From an uncultured Clostridia bacterium (GTDB lineage: Bacteria; Acidobacteriota; Blastocatellia; Chloracidobacteriales; JADJPF01): 64,000 bases of DNA. The DNA lies in NCBI GenBank assembly GCA_964492845.1, contig CAZBMZ010000032.1, forward strand, positions 12,090-76,089, in the 5' to 3' direction. Positions 30,025 through 40,645 of the stretch are shown piece after piece. Under the pieces are notes generated by a model. The model worked only from the letters and a program-made list of their open reading frames with translations, was not told where the DNA came from and ran no database searches. Numbering within the stretch: position 1 is the first letter of the stretch; each line of letters opens with the position of its first letter. The translations under genes and the position numbers were made by a program.

Positions 30025-30197
30025 AAAGTAAAAGATTTTTGGAATGCTGGAAAATCAATAAAAATAGATGCAACCTATTGAATTATTAAGCTATTATATC
30101 TTTTTTCATTAACCTATCACCATTACATTTTGTTCATTACCGATAGCAATTTTTCAAAAATCACTAGTTATTAAACTCTTCTTTTAGAACAATTTAT

Positions 30198-31643
30198 CTA
30201 TTCAACAAAAACAATATTAATTGTTGAAAAATTAATATCTAATTGTTTTTTTTCTCCAGATCTTTTACTTTTTATTTTATCAGTATCTTTTCTTTCTTTT
30301 GCCAATTCATCAACTAAAATAGACCTTTGCTTAGTATTTTCTCTTACTACTTTACCCACTTTTCTAACAGATGCCAAAGTATTTTCTAAATTGCTAGTAG
30401 GGACTTGAATTAAAATAGATGTAATTTTGTTGTCTGTTATTGTAAGTGTAATATCGCCTTTTTGAGCTTCAGCAATTTGAGCTAACTGTGTTTTAACAGA
30501 TTGCAAATCTTTTGCTGAAACTGTTATTTCAGTATGTTTAGGTGTTTGTCTAGCCTCTTCTACTGATTTTTCAGCAACTTTAGCTGGTGTTTCGGCTCTT
30601 CTTGGTTGCGCCATGGATGCTGGTGCGGGCATACCAAGGTTAGAACTGCTTTTATTTGTGTCTGCTTTTTCAGTTTTTTGTATAGAGACTCCTGGTCTTG
30701 CCCCACTTTTTTCTCTACCCGTTTCTGTCCTTGATTGAGTTGGTTGAACTGTTAAATCTCTACTTTTCCCTCTACTATCTTCTTTTGCAGTAATTTCAAC
30801 AACTTCATTAGTATTTGACTCATTAAGAGCATTTTTTGCTTCTTGTTCAGCTAAAATTTCTTTGTCAGCAAAATTATTTTTAGCTGAATCATCTTGTTCT
30901 TTACTCTCAGAAGGCTTCATCTCGACTTTTGAACTAGTGATTGCTTTAGGAGTATCACTTGGTGGAGGGGGTGGAGGTATAGAGGGTTGATTATCTTTTG
31001 CAACACCCCCAAGTACTCCTCCACTATCTAAATTACTAACATTTCCTCCCAATACTCCTTCCTCTTCTCCCGTTGAAACTATTTGAGGTTTTGCCGAAGG
31101 TTCTGAAGTGGTAGGAGCTTTAGTGGCAATTGTGTTACTTTCTTTATTATTTTCCGTTATTGGAGCTTCAGCCGCAGGAGCCGCAGCAGGAACATTTTTA
31201 GCAAGGTCTTGATTTAAGGATTTTTCCTGTATTGCGGTAGCAGAACTTTTTTCCTGCTCAGAATAAAAAGTTATTCTTCCTTCTTTTACCCCACTAATAT
31301 TAAAGGCTACAACTATTAAGGTGGCGGCTGTTACAGTAGCCAAGACCGGAGCTTTATACTTAAAGAAAAACTCATATGTAGAAAGCAAGAATTTAGTAAA
31401 TAGATTGGTTGGTTGGTTTGTGGACTGATAAGCAACTTTAGCAAGCAATTCTTGACCTGTAGGTAAATTAGGTATTGGAATATCACAACTTTTCATCAAG
31501 CTAGATAAATCTTTAAGCTCATTAATCATTTGACTACAATCTTTACAAGTCTGTAAATGCGTTTGGACTTCACCACGACGAGTTGATTGTAGCTCATTAT
31601 CTAGGAATGCTTGTAAATCTTCTATAATTAAGTCGCAGTTCAT
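30198..31643 (-). CDS. Anti-sigma factor (zinc-finger ZAS-type N-terminus, single TM, Pro-rich extracytoplasmic domain)
   Basis: N-terminal HLQTCKDCSQ (zf-HC2). One TM helix (LATVTAATLIVVAF). PPPPPS stretch. Lies 44 nt downstream of the ECF sigma gene. Confidence 0.7.
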   Translation of the reverse strand: MNCDLIIEDLQAFLDNELQSTRRGEVQTHLQTCKDCSQMINELKDLSSLMKSCDIPIPNLPTGQELLAKVAYQSTNQPTNLFTKFLLSTYEFFFKYKAPVLATVTAATLIVVAFNISGVKEGRITFYSEQEKSSATAIQEKSLNQDLAKNVPAAAPAAEAPITENNKESNTIATKAPTTSEPSAKPQIVSTGEEEGVLGGNVSNLDSGGVLGGVAKDNQPSIPPPPPPSDTPKAITSSKVEMKPSESKEQDDSAKNNFADKEILAEQEAKNALNESNTNEVVEITAKEDSRGKSRDLTVQPTQSRTETGREKSGARPGVSIQKTEKADTNKSSSNLGMPAPASMAQPRRAETPAKVAEKSVEEARQTPKHTEITVSAKDLQSVKTQLAQIAEAQKGDITLTITDNKITSILIQVPTSNLENTLASVRKVGKVVRENTKQRSILVDELAKERKDTDKIKSKRSGEKKQLDINFSTINIVFVE

Positions 31644-31687
31644 AAATTTAATTCCTATCGTAAGATCTTGCTATTAAATCTGCTTAT

Positions 31688-32323
31688 CTAAGTTCTAATA
31701 TTATCTGATACTCCTGATGACAATCCGACATTTGGAGGTTTTCGCACTTCTTCAGGAGTATTAGAAAGCATTGGTTCAAGCAATTTTTTTAACTCTACTT
31801 TACCTCTAAAAATTCTTGATTTTACAGTACCAACAGGTATTTCCAATATTACTGAAATTTCCTCATAGCTTAATTCTTCATACTCACGTAAAATTATGGG
31901 TTCACGATATTCTATTTCTACCATCATTAAAGCACGTTGAACTTTTATCTTTAATTCTTGTTGTTCTAGAGACGCAGCAGGAGAAGGATTTTGTGCTGCA
32001 ACCTTAGCAACTCGTTCTGCATTTGCTTCATTATCAGCATCTACCATAACTTTATACTCACTACGTCGAATTTCAGAGATAGCACGGTTATGTGCAATAC
32101 GATAAAGATAAGTCTTAAAGGATGATTCTTGTCGCCACTCTCTACAATGTTCAATTATTGCTACAAAAACTTCTTGGGTTATATCTTCTGCTCGTGCTTG
32201 ATTTCCTAGCCTACGATAAAGAAAACGATAGATAGCCAATTTGTACCGTTCATAAATGGTAACAAATGCTGTCTCATTTCCTGCTTGGAACTGCTGCATG
32301 AGTTCCTCATCGGATTTACTCAT
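31688..32323 (-). CDS. ECF (RpoE-like) sigma-70 family sigma factor
   Basis: Region 2 (DITQEVFVAIIEH, YLYRIAHNRAI) and region 4 (EYEELSYEEISVILEIPVGTVKSRIFRGK) are both present. Confidence 0.85.
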   Translation of the reverse strand: MSKSDEELMQQFQAGNETAFVTIYERYKLAIYRFLYRRLGNQARAEDITQEVFVAIIEHCREWRQESSFKTYLYRIAHNRAISEIRRSEYKVMVDADNEANAERVAKVAAQNPSPAASLEQQELKIKVQRALMMVEIEYREPIILREYEELSYEEISVILEIPVGTVKSRIFRGKVELKKLLEPMLSNTPEEVRKPPNVGLSSGVSDNIRT

Positions 32324-32501
32324 CCACGTGCCTCCGTGTAAAAGTATAATCTCAACACTAAAACTTTGGTTCCCAACAATATACTTGTTTCCCTAAATAA
32401 AATACCAATAAATTCTATAGATAACAAACTTTAAGGGACATAGAAATAACATGTTTTATTTCTATGTCCCTATTTTTAACTAGAAAGTCTAGGAAAAGTT
32501 C

Positions 32502-34070
32502 TTATTTATCTACGGCAATATCTAGCTCTTCAGCGCATTTATAAAGAGCTAATCCTAAAATACAAGAAATTACTAAACTAAAATAAAAGGTAAAAACGGC
32601 TGCTACAGTTTCATAAACTGCCATACCAAAAAATGGTATTACTACTATAGGAGCCATAAGTATAAATATACCCAGCTTTATCGTACCACCAGCAATAAAC
32701 ATAGCTGCATACATTAGAAAAGCTTTAACGTAAACCATTCCCATTCTACGCATAGTATCTATTCCCACCACAGGGTTAATAACTGACCAAAAATCTTGAG
32801 TAAAACCAGCAATTGTTATAGCCATTGGATAATAGAAAAAAGCCCAAAGTAGCCCCAGGCCAATAACTAAAATAAATATTAAACCAGCACCTACTACTTG
32901 TCTTAAGTAACCATTATTAAATTGTTCGCTAAGATCTACAGATTCTTTTTTCTGTTCTCTTTCTTCTTTTTCTAAAGATCTGACTCCAATATCTCGCGTT
33001 GGCTCTAATTTCTGCAATTTTTTGGCAGTTTCTAAATCACGTTCTGCATCATTACCATCAATTAGCCCTTTTATATCTTCTTGGCTAAGAAATTCTTCTT
33101 CAGGAACGTAGGCAGGTTCTTTAGGAGCAAAAAAACCACCTATTGAAGACAAAGCAAAAAACAAAATTACTACAGGTAAAACACTAACAATGCTTACCCC
33201 TACACTTAAAAACAAGGGTTTAATTACATCATCAAAAACGGAAAACGCGCTAAAATCTGGCATAAAGTTACGATCCATCCGTCCCATTGCTACTTGCCTA
33301 ATAGTTAAAGACATACACCCAAAAAGAAAAACTGTTGCCATAACTGTTGCCATTAAAGAACCAAATCCAATTTGACTTCCTAAAACAAGGAAAGCATAGA
33401 CGATTGCACCAGATATTAAAGAAATTAAGTGTTGAAATGGATATTTAGCAGCTTTAACAAATTCGTCTACTCCAAAATCTTTCCCTTGTCCATAATAAGT
33501 TACTGTTTGAGCTACTGAGGTAGCTTTTTCTGCTATATCAGAAACTTTATTACACATATCCCCACAAGCAGTACAAATTGCCATACTTCCCATCTTCTTA
33601 GGGCAATCCTGACAAAACATAGCACTACAAACACGACAAACAAATTTAGCAGGTACTTGAGGATGATTACGGCAAATCCCTGTTGCCATTGGCATAGCAG
33701 CAGCAGGGTTAAAAACTGGTATTGGAGAAGGAGGAGCTATTGGAGCAGTTATTGGAGCCATTGGAGCAGAACCAGAATTATTATAAGAATTACTGCCAGG
33801 AAAATTAGGAGGGTTAGGAGATGTTAAATTATTATTTTGAATTGGTTGTGTTGATGGTGTTTTTGCTACACTAGGTGGAATTGGTTGACCCGAAAAAATA
33901 GCTCTTAGCATAGGGACACGATTAGCATCATTCCAAGCTAAGCTACCTTTTTTTACTTTATCCGTTGGCAAGATTCTACCTTCGGATGCCCATTCTTTTA
34001 ATGTTTCTGTATCAGCCTCATAAACTTGATCATCAATCATTACTTGCCAAATTTCATTTTGTGTACTCAT
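32502..34070 (-). CDS. Membrane protein with an N-terminal GYF/DUF4339-like domain, Pro-rich linker, Cys-rich zinc finger and a multi-TM C-terminal domain
   Basis: N-terminus IWQVMIDDQVYEADTETLKEWASEGRILPTDKV...W. Cys cluster CRNHPQV..CRVCSAMFCQDCP..CTACGDMC. At least 5 TM helices follow. Confidence 0.55.
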   Translation of the reverse strand: MSTQNEIWQVMIDDQVYEADTETLKEWASEGRILPTDKVKKGSLAWNDANRVPMLRAIFSGQPIPPSVAKTPSTQPIQNNNLTSPNPPNFPGSNSYNNSGSAPMAPITAPIAPPSPIPVFNPAAAMPMATGICRNHPQVPAKFVCRVCSAMFCQDCPKKMGSMAICTACGDMCNKVSDIAEKATSVAQTVTYYGQGKDFGVDEFVKAAKYPFQHLISLISGAIVYAFLVLGSQIGFGSLMATVMATVFLFGCMSLTIRQVAMGRMDRNFMPDFSAFSVFDDVIKPLFLSVGVSIVSVLPVVILFFALSSIGGFFAPKEPAYVPEEEFLSQEDIKGLIDGNDAERDLETAKKLQKLEPTRDIGVRSLEKEEREQKKESVDLSEQFNNGYLRQVVGAGLIFILVIGLGLLWAFFYYPMAITIAGFTQDFWSVINPVVGIDTMRRMGMVYVKAFLMYAAMFIAGGTIKLGIFILMAPIVVIPFFGMAVYETVAAVFTFYFSLVISCILGLALYKCAEELDIAVDK

Positions 34071-34347
34071 TAATTTCTTCTCCTAATTATTTTTGGTGGC
34101 TGATATTTTTTACTTGGTTGTTGGCAACAAAAAATATTAAAAAGTTCCATAATTTTATAGGACGAACTATTATATTACTGTCCATCTATTAATATTATTA
34201 CATAATAACTAGCCATTTGAGAAGTCTTTTTCGTCTATATTTTTCATCTTATTTATTTTTATTTATCTTCTTATATCATTTTTATCATTTTCAACCATTT
34301 ACTTTATTGCAACTAGCGTTGACAGGCTATTTTAATCACTTTTATAC

Positions 34348-34771
34348 TGTCCTGGCTATGCGAATACTAGCTATTGATTATGGAGAGAAAAGACTTGGTT
34401 TAGCTGTTAGTGATGAACTAATGATGACAGCACGACCATTAGTTACACTCTCACGTATACCAAAAGAAACCGCCTTAGCTCAAATAAAACAATATATTGA
34501 AGACTTAGAAGTTAGTCAAATCATTGTAGGCTTACCACTTAGGCTAGATGGAACAAAAGGAGATTCCGCAGTAAAAGTAGAAAAATTTGTTGCTCAACTT
34601 TTACTTTCTTTATCTTGTCCAATAACTACTTGGGATGAGCGTCTTACTTCTTATGAAGCAGAAGAAAGAATGAAAGATTTTGGATTAAGCTTAAAACAAC
34701 GGAAAGCTAAAATCGATCAGTTTGCAGCATTGATAATTTTAGAAGATTATCTTTCCAATTTACCTAAGTAA
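34348..34771 (+). CDS. ruvX: Holliday-junction resolvase-like YqgF/RuvX
   Basis: MRILAIDYGEKRLGLAVSD is the RuvX N-terminus. The protein is 141 aa. The ORF-track start at 34217 is an upstream in-frame extension through an AT-rich promoter region. Confidence 0.85.
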
Positions 34772-34776
34772 CAATA

Positions 34777-35811
34777 ATGAAACGTTTATTAAAAATATTA
34801 ATTTTATCTTTATCCATATTGCTAGCAATTGTTGGAGGGACTCTTTTTTGGGGTTATAAACAGCTGGTTAAACCAAATAACCATAGTCAAGAAATAATTA
34901 CTATTGAAGCAGGAACGAGCCGACGAGCAATTATAGATTTGTTAGCAAAACAAGAAATTATTAGTAGTAGTTGGCCCCTGTTGGTTTACTTAAAGTTAAA
35001 TCCTGAAAAAAGTAAGTTACAAGCAGGTGATTATTTATTTGAGTCCCCTATTACCCCGTTAGAAGTAATAGCTAAATTAAACCAAGGTTTGGTAGTTACT
35101 CAACAAATAACTATTCCTGAAGGTTATGATAAATTTGACATAATCCAAGCCCTAACTGATGCTCAAATTGATAGTCAAAAAGAAATTGAAAAAGCAATTG
35201 CCAACACCGATTTGATAAAAGATTTAGATCCTGAAGCAAAAGATTTAGAAGGTTATTTATTTCCTGATACTTACACTTATACCCGTCAACAAAAAGCCCC
35301 TCAACTTATTGCTGCAATGGTAAGACGCTTTCGACAAACTTTAACACCTGAACGCCAAGAACGTATCAAAGCAAGGGGAATGACTTTGCATCAAGTAATA
35401 ACAATGGCATCTTTGGTGGAAAAAGAAGCAAAAATTAATGAGGAACGTCCAACAATTGCAACTGTTTTTTATAATCGACTTAAGCGGGAAATGAGATTAG
35501 ATTGTGACCCTACTTTTATTTATGGGGCTAAAGTAGCTAAAGAATGGGATGGACAAGTAAATAATCCTATACACCGTAAACGTGAATCACCTTATAACAC
35601 TTACTATATAACTGGACTTCCTATTGGCCCGATCGCTTCCCCTGGTGTGAAATCAATAGATGCAGCCCTTTATCCATCCGAGGTAGATTATTTATATTTT
35701 GTTGCTAATGGTATAGATGGTCATCATAATTTTTCACGTACTGAATCTGAGCATTTAACAGCAGTTGCTGCTTATCGTCGGCAAAAGAAACAACAAAATC
35801 AAGGTAACTAA
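34777..35811 (+). CDS. mltG: Endolytic murein transglycosylase MltG (YceG)
   Basis: N-terminal TM anchor, YceG-like domain (ITIPEGY, LEGYLFPDTY, DPTFIYG). This is the conserved ruvX-mltG gene pair. Confidence 0.9.
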   Translation: MKRLLKILILSLSILLAIVGGTLFWGYKQLVKPNNHSQEIITIEAGTSRRAIIDLLAKQEIISSSWPLLVYLKLNPEKSKLQAGDYLFESPITPLEVIAKLNQGLVVTQQITIPEGYDKFDIIQALTDAQIDSQKEIEKAIANTDLIKDLDPEAKDLEGYLFPDTYTYTRQQKAPQLIAAMVRRFRQTLTPERQERIKARGMTLHQVITMASLVEKEAKINEERPTIATVFYNRLKREMRLDCDPTFIYGAKVAKEWDGQVNNPIHRKRESPYNTYYITGLPIGPIASPGVKSIDAALYPSEVDYLYFVANGIDGHHNFSRTESEHLTAVAAYRRQKKQQNQGN

Positions 35812-35938
35812 CTAAAGAAATTTTTAGTTAACAAAAAGCGATGATTAAAAAATTTGCTGCAATAGTAGTTAAATCGCTTTATAATCGAGCTACAAATAGA
35901 AAACATTAATCCTTAAGTATCTGCAAAAATAAATAATT

Positions 35939-37423
35939 ATGGAAACTTCTGCCGCAAATATTCAAGATTTAGTAAAACGTTATAATGATTATGCTAGACG
36001 TTTTAAGATAATTTATGCTTTAAGCAAACATTATTTTGGTCTAGGTATTCCATTAACTTCTGAAGAAAGCACTCCTCCAGCAGACTTAAACCAAGTTTAT
36101 GGTAAGCTTAATTTATTAAGAAAAATGATGGAGCAGCCAGACCCAAATCAAGTAACTGCTTTACTTACAGAAATAGATGGATCATTAAATAGTATTTGGC
36201 GATGGTTTGAAATAATTGACCGTAAACTTACCCCATTTTTGCTGCGTAATTATTGTGAAAAAAATAAAGAACTTCCTAATGAGCATTTACTTTTAATTTC
36301 TCAGTTTTTACTTAATAAAAGTGAAAGACTAGAAGTAGACCAAGGAAAAGTGGATTATTTACTTACACAATGTTTTTGTGTAGAAACTGATGGACTACCT
36401 AGATTAAAAGTAACTTCTGAACAAAGCTTAAAAGATGAAATATTAAAATTACTGCCAGAATATCTAAGATATGATCACCCAAGTCTAGCCGCCACTTTAA
36501 GCCAATGTGATGCTTTTATTCGTGAACTTATGGGAGTTAACTCTTTTGATGACTTAATTTCTGGTGATTATATTAATAAAGGCCGCAAGCTAAAAAATTC
36601 TTTTGGTACACATTTTTATAATGCTAATGTGTTAGCCAAATGTGTCCAAGTAAATACTGTTCTAAGACAAAAATTTGCCCAACTCTACAAAATAGAAAAT
36701 GAGAAAGTACGCCAATTTAGTCAACTCTTAATTAATACTGGTATGGATATGGTACAAACTGGTCAAGGTAGTGAAATTACGGCTGAAGGAGCTATGGAAT
36801 TTAGTTCTAAAAATGACCAAATGTTGCAGTCTGACTATGGAAATAATAGCGAACGACTACGTACTTTTCTGCATATTCGGGCAACTTTAGAAAAGACAAT
36901 TTCATTTTATGGATTAGATCCTCAATATTCCTCAGAACAAAAAATAGACCGAGATGCCTTAAATGAACAAAGATTAGGTAATAAAATATCTGAGCGATGT
37001 AATAAATTAAAGCAATTACTTAGTGGAGTTCCTCAAAATCCTAATGCTTCTGTGCAAATACTTGAACTAGAAAACTCTCGTCTAATAATCTCTTATTGGG
37101 AAAAAGAAGCATTACTAAATAGTAATAATCCTGATCCTGATATACGGCTTACTAATGATTTACTAGGGCGTTCTGCTGCAATTATAGCAGAAATAAACGA
37201 ATCCTATATAACTTACCGTACAGCCCAAGCAAGTTCTCCACCTCACTTATTAGATACTCAGCTAATGACTGTAAATTATTTTATTATGCAAGCTCATCAA
37301 ATAGCTGATGAACTAGAAAAATTAAGTAATCTTATGCACCAAAAAGGGAAATTAGAAAAAGCTTGTGATTTATCTGCTACTCGACATAAATTACTAGATA
37401 CTTGTTGGAAAATTAAAGTCTAA
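35939..37423 (+). CDS. Hypothetical protein (494 aa), likely cytoplasmic
   Basis: Long ORF with consistent codon usage and no recognisable motifs. It ends 16 nt before the histidine-kinase-like gene. Confidence 0.5.
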   Translation: METSAANIQDLVKRYNDYARRFKIIYALSKHYFGLGIPLTSEESTPPADLNQVYGKLNLLRKMMEQPDPNQVTALLTEIDGSLNSIWRWFEIIDRKLTPFLLRNYCEKNKELPNEHLLLISQFLLNKSERLEVDQGKVDYLLTQCFCVETDGLPRLKVTSEQSLKDEILKLLPEYLRYDHPSLAATLSQCDAFIRELMGVNSFDDLISGDYINKGRKLKNSFGTHFYNANVLAKCVQVNTVLRQKFAQLYKIENEKVRQFSQLLINTGMDMVQTGQGSEITAEGAMEFSSKNDQMLQSDYGNNSERLRTFLHIRATLEKTISFYGLDPQYSSEQKIDRDALNEQRLGNKISERCNKLKQLLSGVPQNPNASVQILELENSRLIISYWEKEALLNSNNPDPDIRLTNDLLGRSAAIIAEINESYITYRTAQASSPPHLLDTQLMTVNYFIMQAHQIADELEKLSNLMHQKGKLEKACDLSATRHKLLDTCWKIKV

Positions 37424-37438
37424 ACTATAGGAAAACAT

Positions 37439-38167
37439 ATGCAGCCAACTATAGAAGAATTACAGCAACAACTAGACCGATTACATACTATTCTAGCAAG
37501 CAATCAAAGGTTTTGGCTAACTGGTATGATGATGGGAAATTTTATCCATGACTTAAACAACCCTCTTACCTCAGTTAATGGCAATGTTGAGTTACTGCAA
37601 ATTAATCCTATAATGGCTGATCCAAAAATTAAAAAACGTATTGATACTATAAACAATGGAGTTAAACGATTATCAGAAAAACTACGAGAGTTACAGCTTT
37701 TTACTAAAACAACTTCGTCCGAAACATTGATTAATATTAATGATTTAGTAAAAGAGACAGTTCATGTTGCAGCATATTTACCTACACCAAATAGATTGCC
37801 AATTACACTAAATTTAGATTCTAGGTTATTGACCTTTACTGGTAATGCTTACAAACTAGCCCAAGCACTATTAATGATTATAGATAATGCTTTAGATAGT
37901 GTTATATCTATTGCCTCGCCAGAAATAACTATTAGCACTAGTCAAGACTTGACAGGAGAAATATTAATTAAGATTACTAATAATGGCCCAATGATTTCTA
38001 AAGAATTAGAAGAAAAGATTTTTGAACCATTTTTTTCTACTAAAACCAATTCTTTAGGAATGGGTTTAACTGTAGCTCGTGAAATGATTTTATCTAATTT
38101 AGGTAATCTTACTTTTACTAGTAATGAAGCACAAACAGAATTTATTATAACTTTACCTGTAAAATAG
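37439..38167 (+). CDS. Soluble histidine kinase-like protein (HisKA + HATPase_c), no sensor domain
   Basis: H-box FIHDLNNPLTSV, N-box IIDNALDSV, G2 SLGMGLTVARE. G1 is non-canonical (NNG). Confidence 0.7.
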   Translation: MQPTIEELQQQLDRLHTILASNQRFWLTGMMMGNFIHDLNNPLTSVNGNVELLQINPIMADPKIKKRIDTINNGVKRLSEKLRELQLFTKTTSSETLININDLVKETVHVAAYLPTPNRLPITLNLDSRLLTFTGNAYKLAQALLMIIDNALDSVISIASPEITISTSQDLTGEILIKITNNGPMISKELEEKIFEPFFSTKTNSLGMGLTVAREMILSNLGNLTFTSNEAQTEFIITLPVK

Positions 38168-38178
38168 CTTATAACTAG

Positions 38179-39156
38179 TTACTGTGCTAAATATAATGGA
38201 TCAATACCTTTATCTAAGCTAAAAGTTGCTCCAACTGCTCCAACAACACAAGTTTTGCGACTGAGTGAAGCTTGCTGACGAATACGATAAACAGCTTCTA
38301 ATCCTGTGCAATGCGCTCCAATAAAATTTTTAGTATTAAATTCTTTTAATTTCTTTGCTGTCCAATCAAGTTCTTGATCTGTAGCAGCAAAAAGATGAAA
38401 GCCTCCTATTGCCGCTAAAATAGAATCATTTTTAACTGATTTACGTGCATGCTCTAATGTATTAATAATACCTGCATGACCACAGCCGGAAATTACTACT
38501 AATCCATCAGATGTATTAATTACTAATGACAATTCTTCAGGAATATTATCATCTATAGTTCCTGTAGGAGAGATAGTTTTTCCTAAGCCACTAATATTTT
38601 TTTCTGGATGGATGCGTGGAATTGCTCCTGTAACCCAAATACCTGGAGCAATTTCTTTTGGTTTAGTATGTTCAATAAAAGTTCCACCTAAAGCTTTATA
38701 ACTAGTTTGAAGTTCTAGCATATCATTAACTTCTGTTCCAGATTTATTTGGTCGGCTCCAAAATATCCCTTTTCCAACATGTGCTTGAGAAAGTGCTTTA
38801 GGAGTTTCTTTCATATAAGCGCGTCTAAGTTCTAATAGGCCCCCTGTATGGTCTGAATGGTTATGACTTAAAATTATATCTTGAACATTTGCTAAATTTA
38901 CATCTAGCTCACGTGCATTTTTTAACACTGTATCGGGTAATGCCCCTGTATCAAAAAGTATTTTGTAATTATCTGCTGTTACAATTGCAGCAAATCCCCA
39001 TTCACCAATTCCAGAATCTGCAACCATAGTAGAAAGTATTTGTATGTTAAGCGTTTTGACCATATGATCACTTTTGTCTTTTTTAGCAGAGCTACAGACG
39101 TTGTTAGTAGTAAGAAATAGAAATGTTAAAAGCAAAGTTAAATAAATAAGTTTCAT
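38179..39156 (-). CDS. Secreted MBL-fold metallo-hydrolase
   Basis: Has a signal peptide. HNHSDHTGG (HxHxDH) and the downstream His/Asp ligands are present. Confidence 0.75.
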   Translation of the reverse strand: MKLIYLTLLLTFLFLTTNNVCSSAKKDKSDHMVKTLNIQILSTMVADSGIGEWGFAAIVTADNYKILFDTGALPDTVLKNARELDVNLANVQDIILSHNHSDHTGGLLELRRAYMKETPKALSQAHVGKGIFWSRPNKSGTEVNDMLELQTSYKALGGTFIEHTKPKEIAPGIWVTGAIPRIHPEKNISGLGKTISPTGTIDDNIPEELSLVINTSDGLVVISGCGHAGIINTLEHARKSVKNDSILAAIGGFHLFAATDQELDWTAKKLKEFNTKNFIGAHCTGLEAVYRIRQQASLSRKTCVVGAVGATFSLDKGIDPLYLAQ

Positions 39157-39366
39157 ACTATACCTTTTAGATAATTAATTGATATTATTAATAGTTAGGT
39201 TACTAACAATTTTTAAAAAATAGCAGCTTTTTGTTTATAATAGTTCAGCTAGTAAATAAATGGAATGTAGGTTTGATATGTTTTCGATTGATCTGCTATA
39301 ACAATAAACTTATTCCATTCTTATTAATCAATTAAAATTTAATATAAATCGGAGAAAGCGACAGTT

Positions 39367-40599
39367 ATGAGCAAATTTAACTTTCAAGGTTGGTATGAGC
39401 AAACTTTAGCTGAAAAAACCAGGTTAGAAGCAGAATTAGCGCGTGTTTCTAAGCTTTCTGAAGTTTTATCTTCTTTATCTACACCAGATAGAACACGTCG
39501 CTTGCAACAAACCAACGAACTTAGTTCGGTACTCTTAGATAAAGAGTTTGAACAACTTTCTACATTAAATAAAAAAATTCAAGTGTTGTATTTTCTAATA
39601 GATACCATTCGCAGCCTTTCCGCAGAAAGTAACCTTATTAAACGCCAAAATTTAATTTTAGAACGTGCGGCAGAGCTAGTAGATGCTGACCAAGGCGCGC
39701 TTTTTCTAGTAGATTCAGCTAATAATAATAGCTTAAAAGTTAGAGTAAAAGATCAAGAAAGATTAGAAACCCAAGAATTCCCCTCAAATGTTGGTTTAGC
39801 TGGATATGTTGCTACTAGTGGCAGAACCATAATGGTTTCAGATACTAGTAAAAATCAGCATTTTTACTCGGAAATAGATGAAAAACCTGTCTATAGAGTA
39901 AAAAATATGATTGCAACTCCTTTACGGGATGAATCAGGTAATACTATTGCTGTCATAGAAGTATTTAATAAAAATACTGGAAGTTTTACTTCTGAAGACG
40001 AATATTTATTGCAAGCTTTTGCTGCTCAAGCTGCAACAGTTCTAAATGATAAAATTGATGATGACTCTACCAGCTTTACTGTTAGTAAAACCATGTTGCT
40101 AATTATGAAAGCTCTAGCTAGTGGTTTAGATACAGATAATTTACTACAGTCTTTAATGAAGAAAACTTCTCAAGTAATGAATGCTGATCGTAGTACACTT
40201 TTCTTAATTGATTTTAGTAGCCGAGAGCTTTGGTCAAAAGTAGCTCAAGGAACAGGGATTAATGAGATTCGCTTCCCTATGGAACTAGGAATTGCAGGTT
40301 ATGTTGCAACTAAAGGCGAGCTAGTAAATATTCCTGAAGCTTATGAGGACGATCGTTTTAATAAAGACATTGATATTAAAACAGGTTATAGAACTAAAAC
40401 TATTCTTTGCGCTCCTATTAGAAATGATGTAGGAAAAATCATTGGAGTTTTACAAGTCTTAAATAAAGCTGAAGGTACATTTGATGATAAAGATGAACGT
40501 CTTATAAATGCTTTTACTACACAAGTAGGAAAAGTTCTAAAGAGTGCGCAGTTTTTAATCAACCTAATTACAATTATGGAACAAATGGGAGATAAATAA
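39367..40599 (+). CDS. Tandem GAF-domain protein with no output domain
   Basis: Two GAF-like units (GLAGYVATSGRTIMVSD... and GIAGYVATKGELVNIPEAY...). The N-terminus is a coiled coil. Confidence 0.75.
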   Translation: MSKFNFQGWYEQTLAEKTRLEAELARVSKLSEVLSSLSTPDRTRRLQQTNELSSVLLDKEFEQLSTLNKKIQVLYFLIDTIRSLSAESNLIKRQNLILERAAELVDADQGALFLVDSANNNSLKVRVKDQERLETQEFPSNVGLAGYVATSGRTIMVSDTSKNQHFYSEIDEKPVYRVKNMIATPLRDESGNTIAVIEVFNKNTGSFTSEDEYLLQAFAAQAATVLNDKIDDDSTSFTVSKTMLLIMKALASGLDTDNLLQSLMKKTSQVMNADRSTLFLIDFSSRELWSKVAQGTGINEIRFPMELGIAGYVATKGELVNIPEAYEDDRFNKDIDIKTGYRTKTILCAPIRNDVGKIIGVLQVLNKAEGTFDDKDERLINAFTTQVGKVLKSAQFLINLITIMEQMGDK

Positions 40600-40645
40600 A
40601 TAATAGTAAAATTCCAAAAGTTTTAGTAATTTTACTTTGGGCTAA

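Noticed and set aside
34217-34347. N-terminal extension of RuvX in the ORF track (184 aa)
   Set aside because: The extension is a poly-Phe/Leu/Tyr translation of an AT-rich promoter region. RuvX homologs start at MRILAIDYGE.
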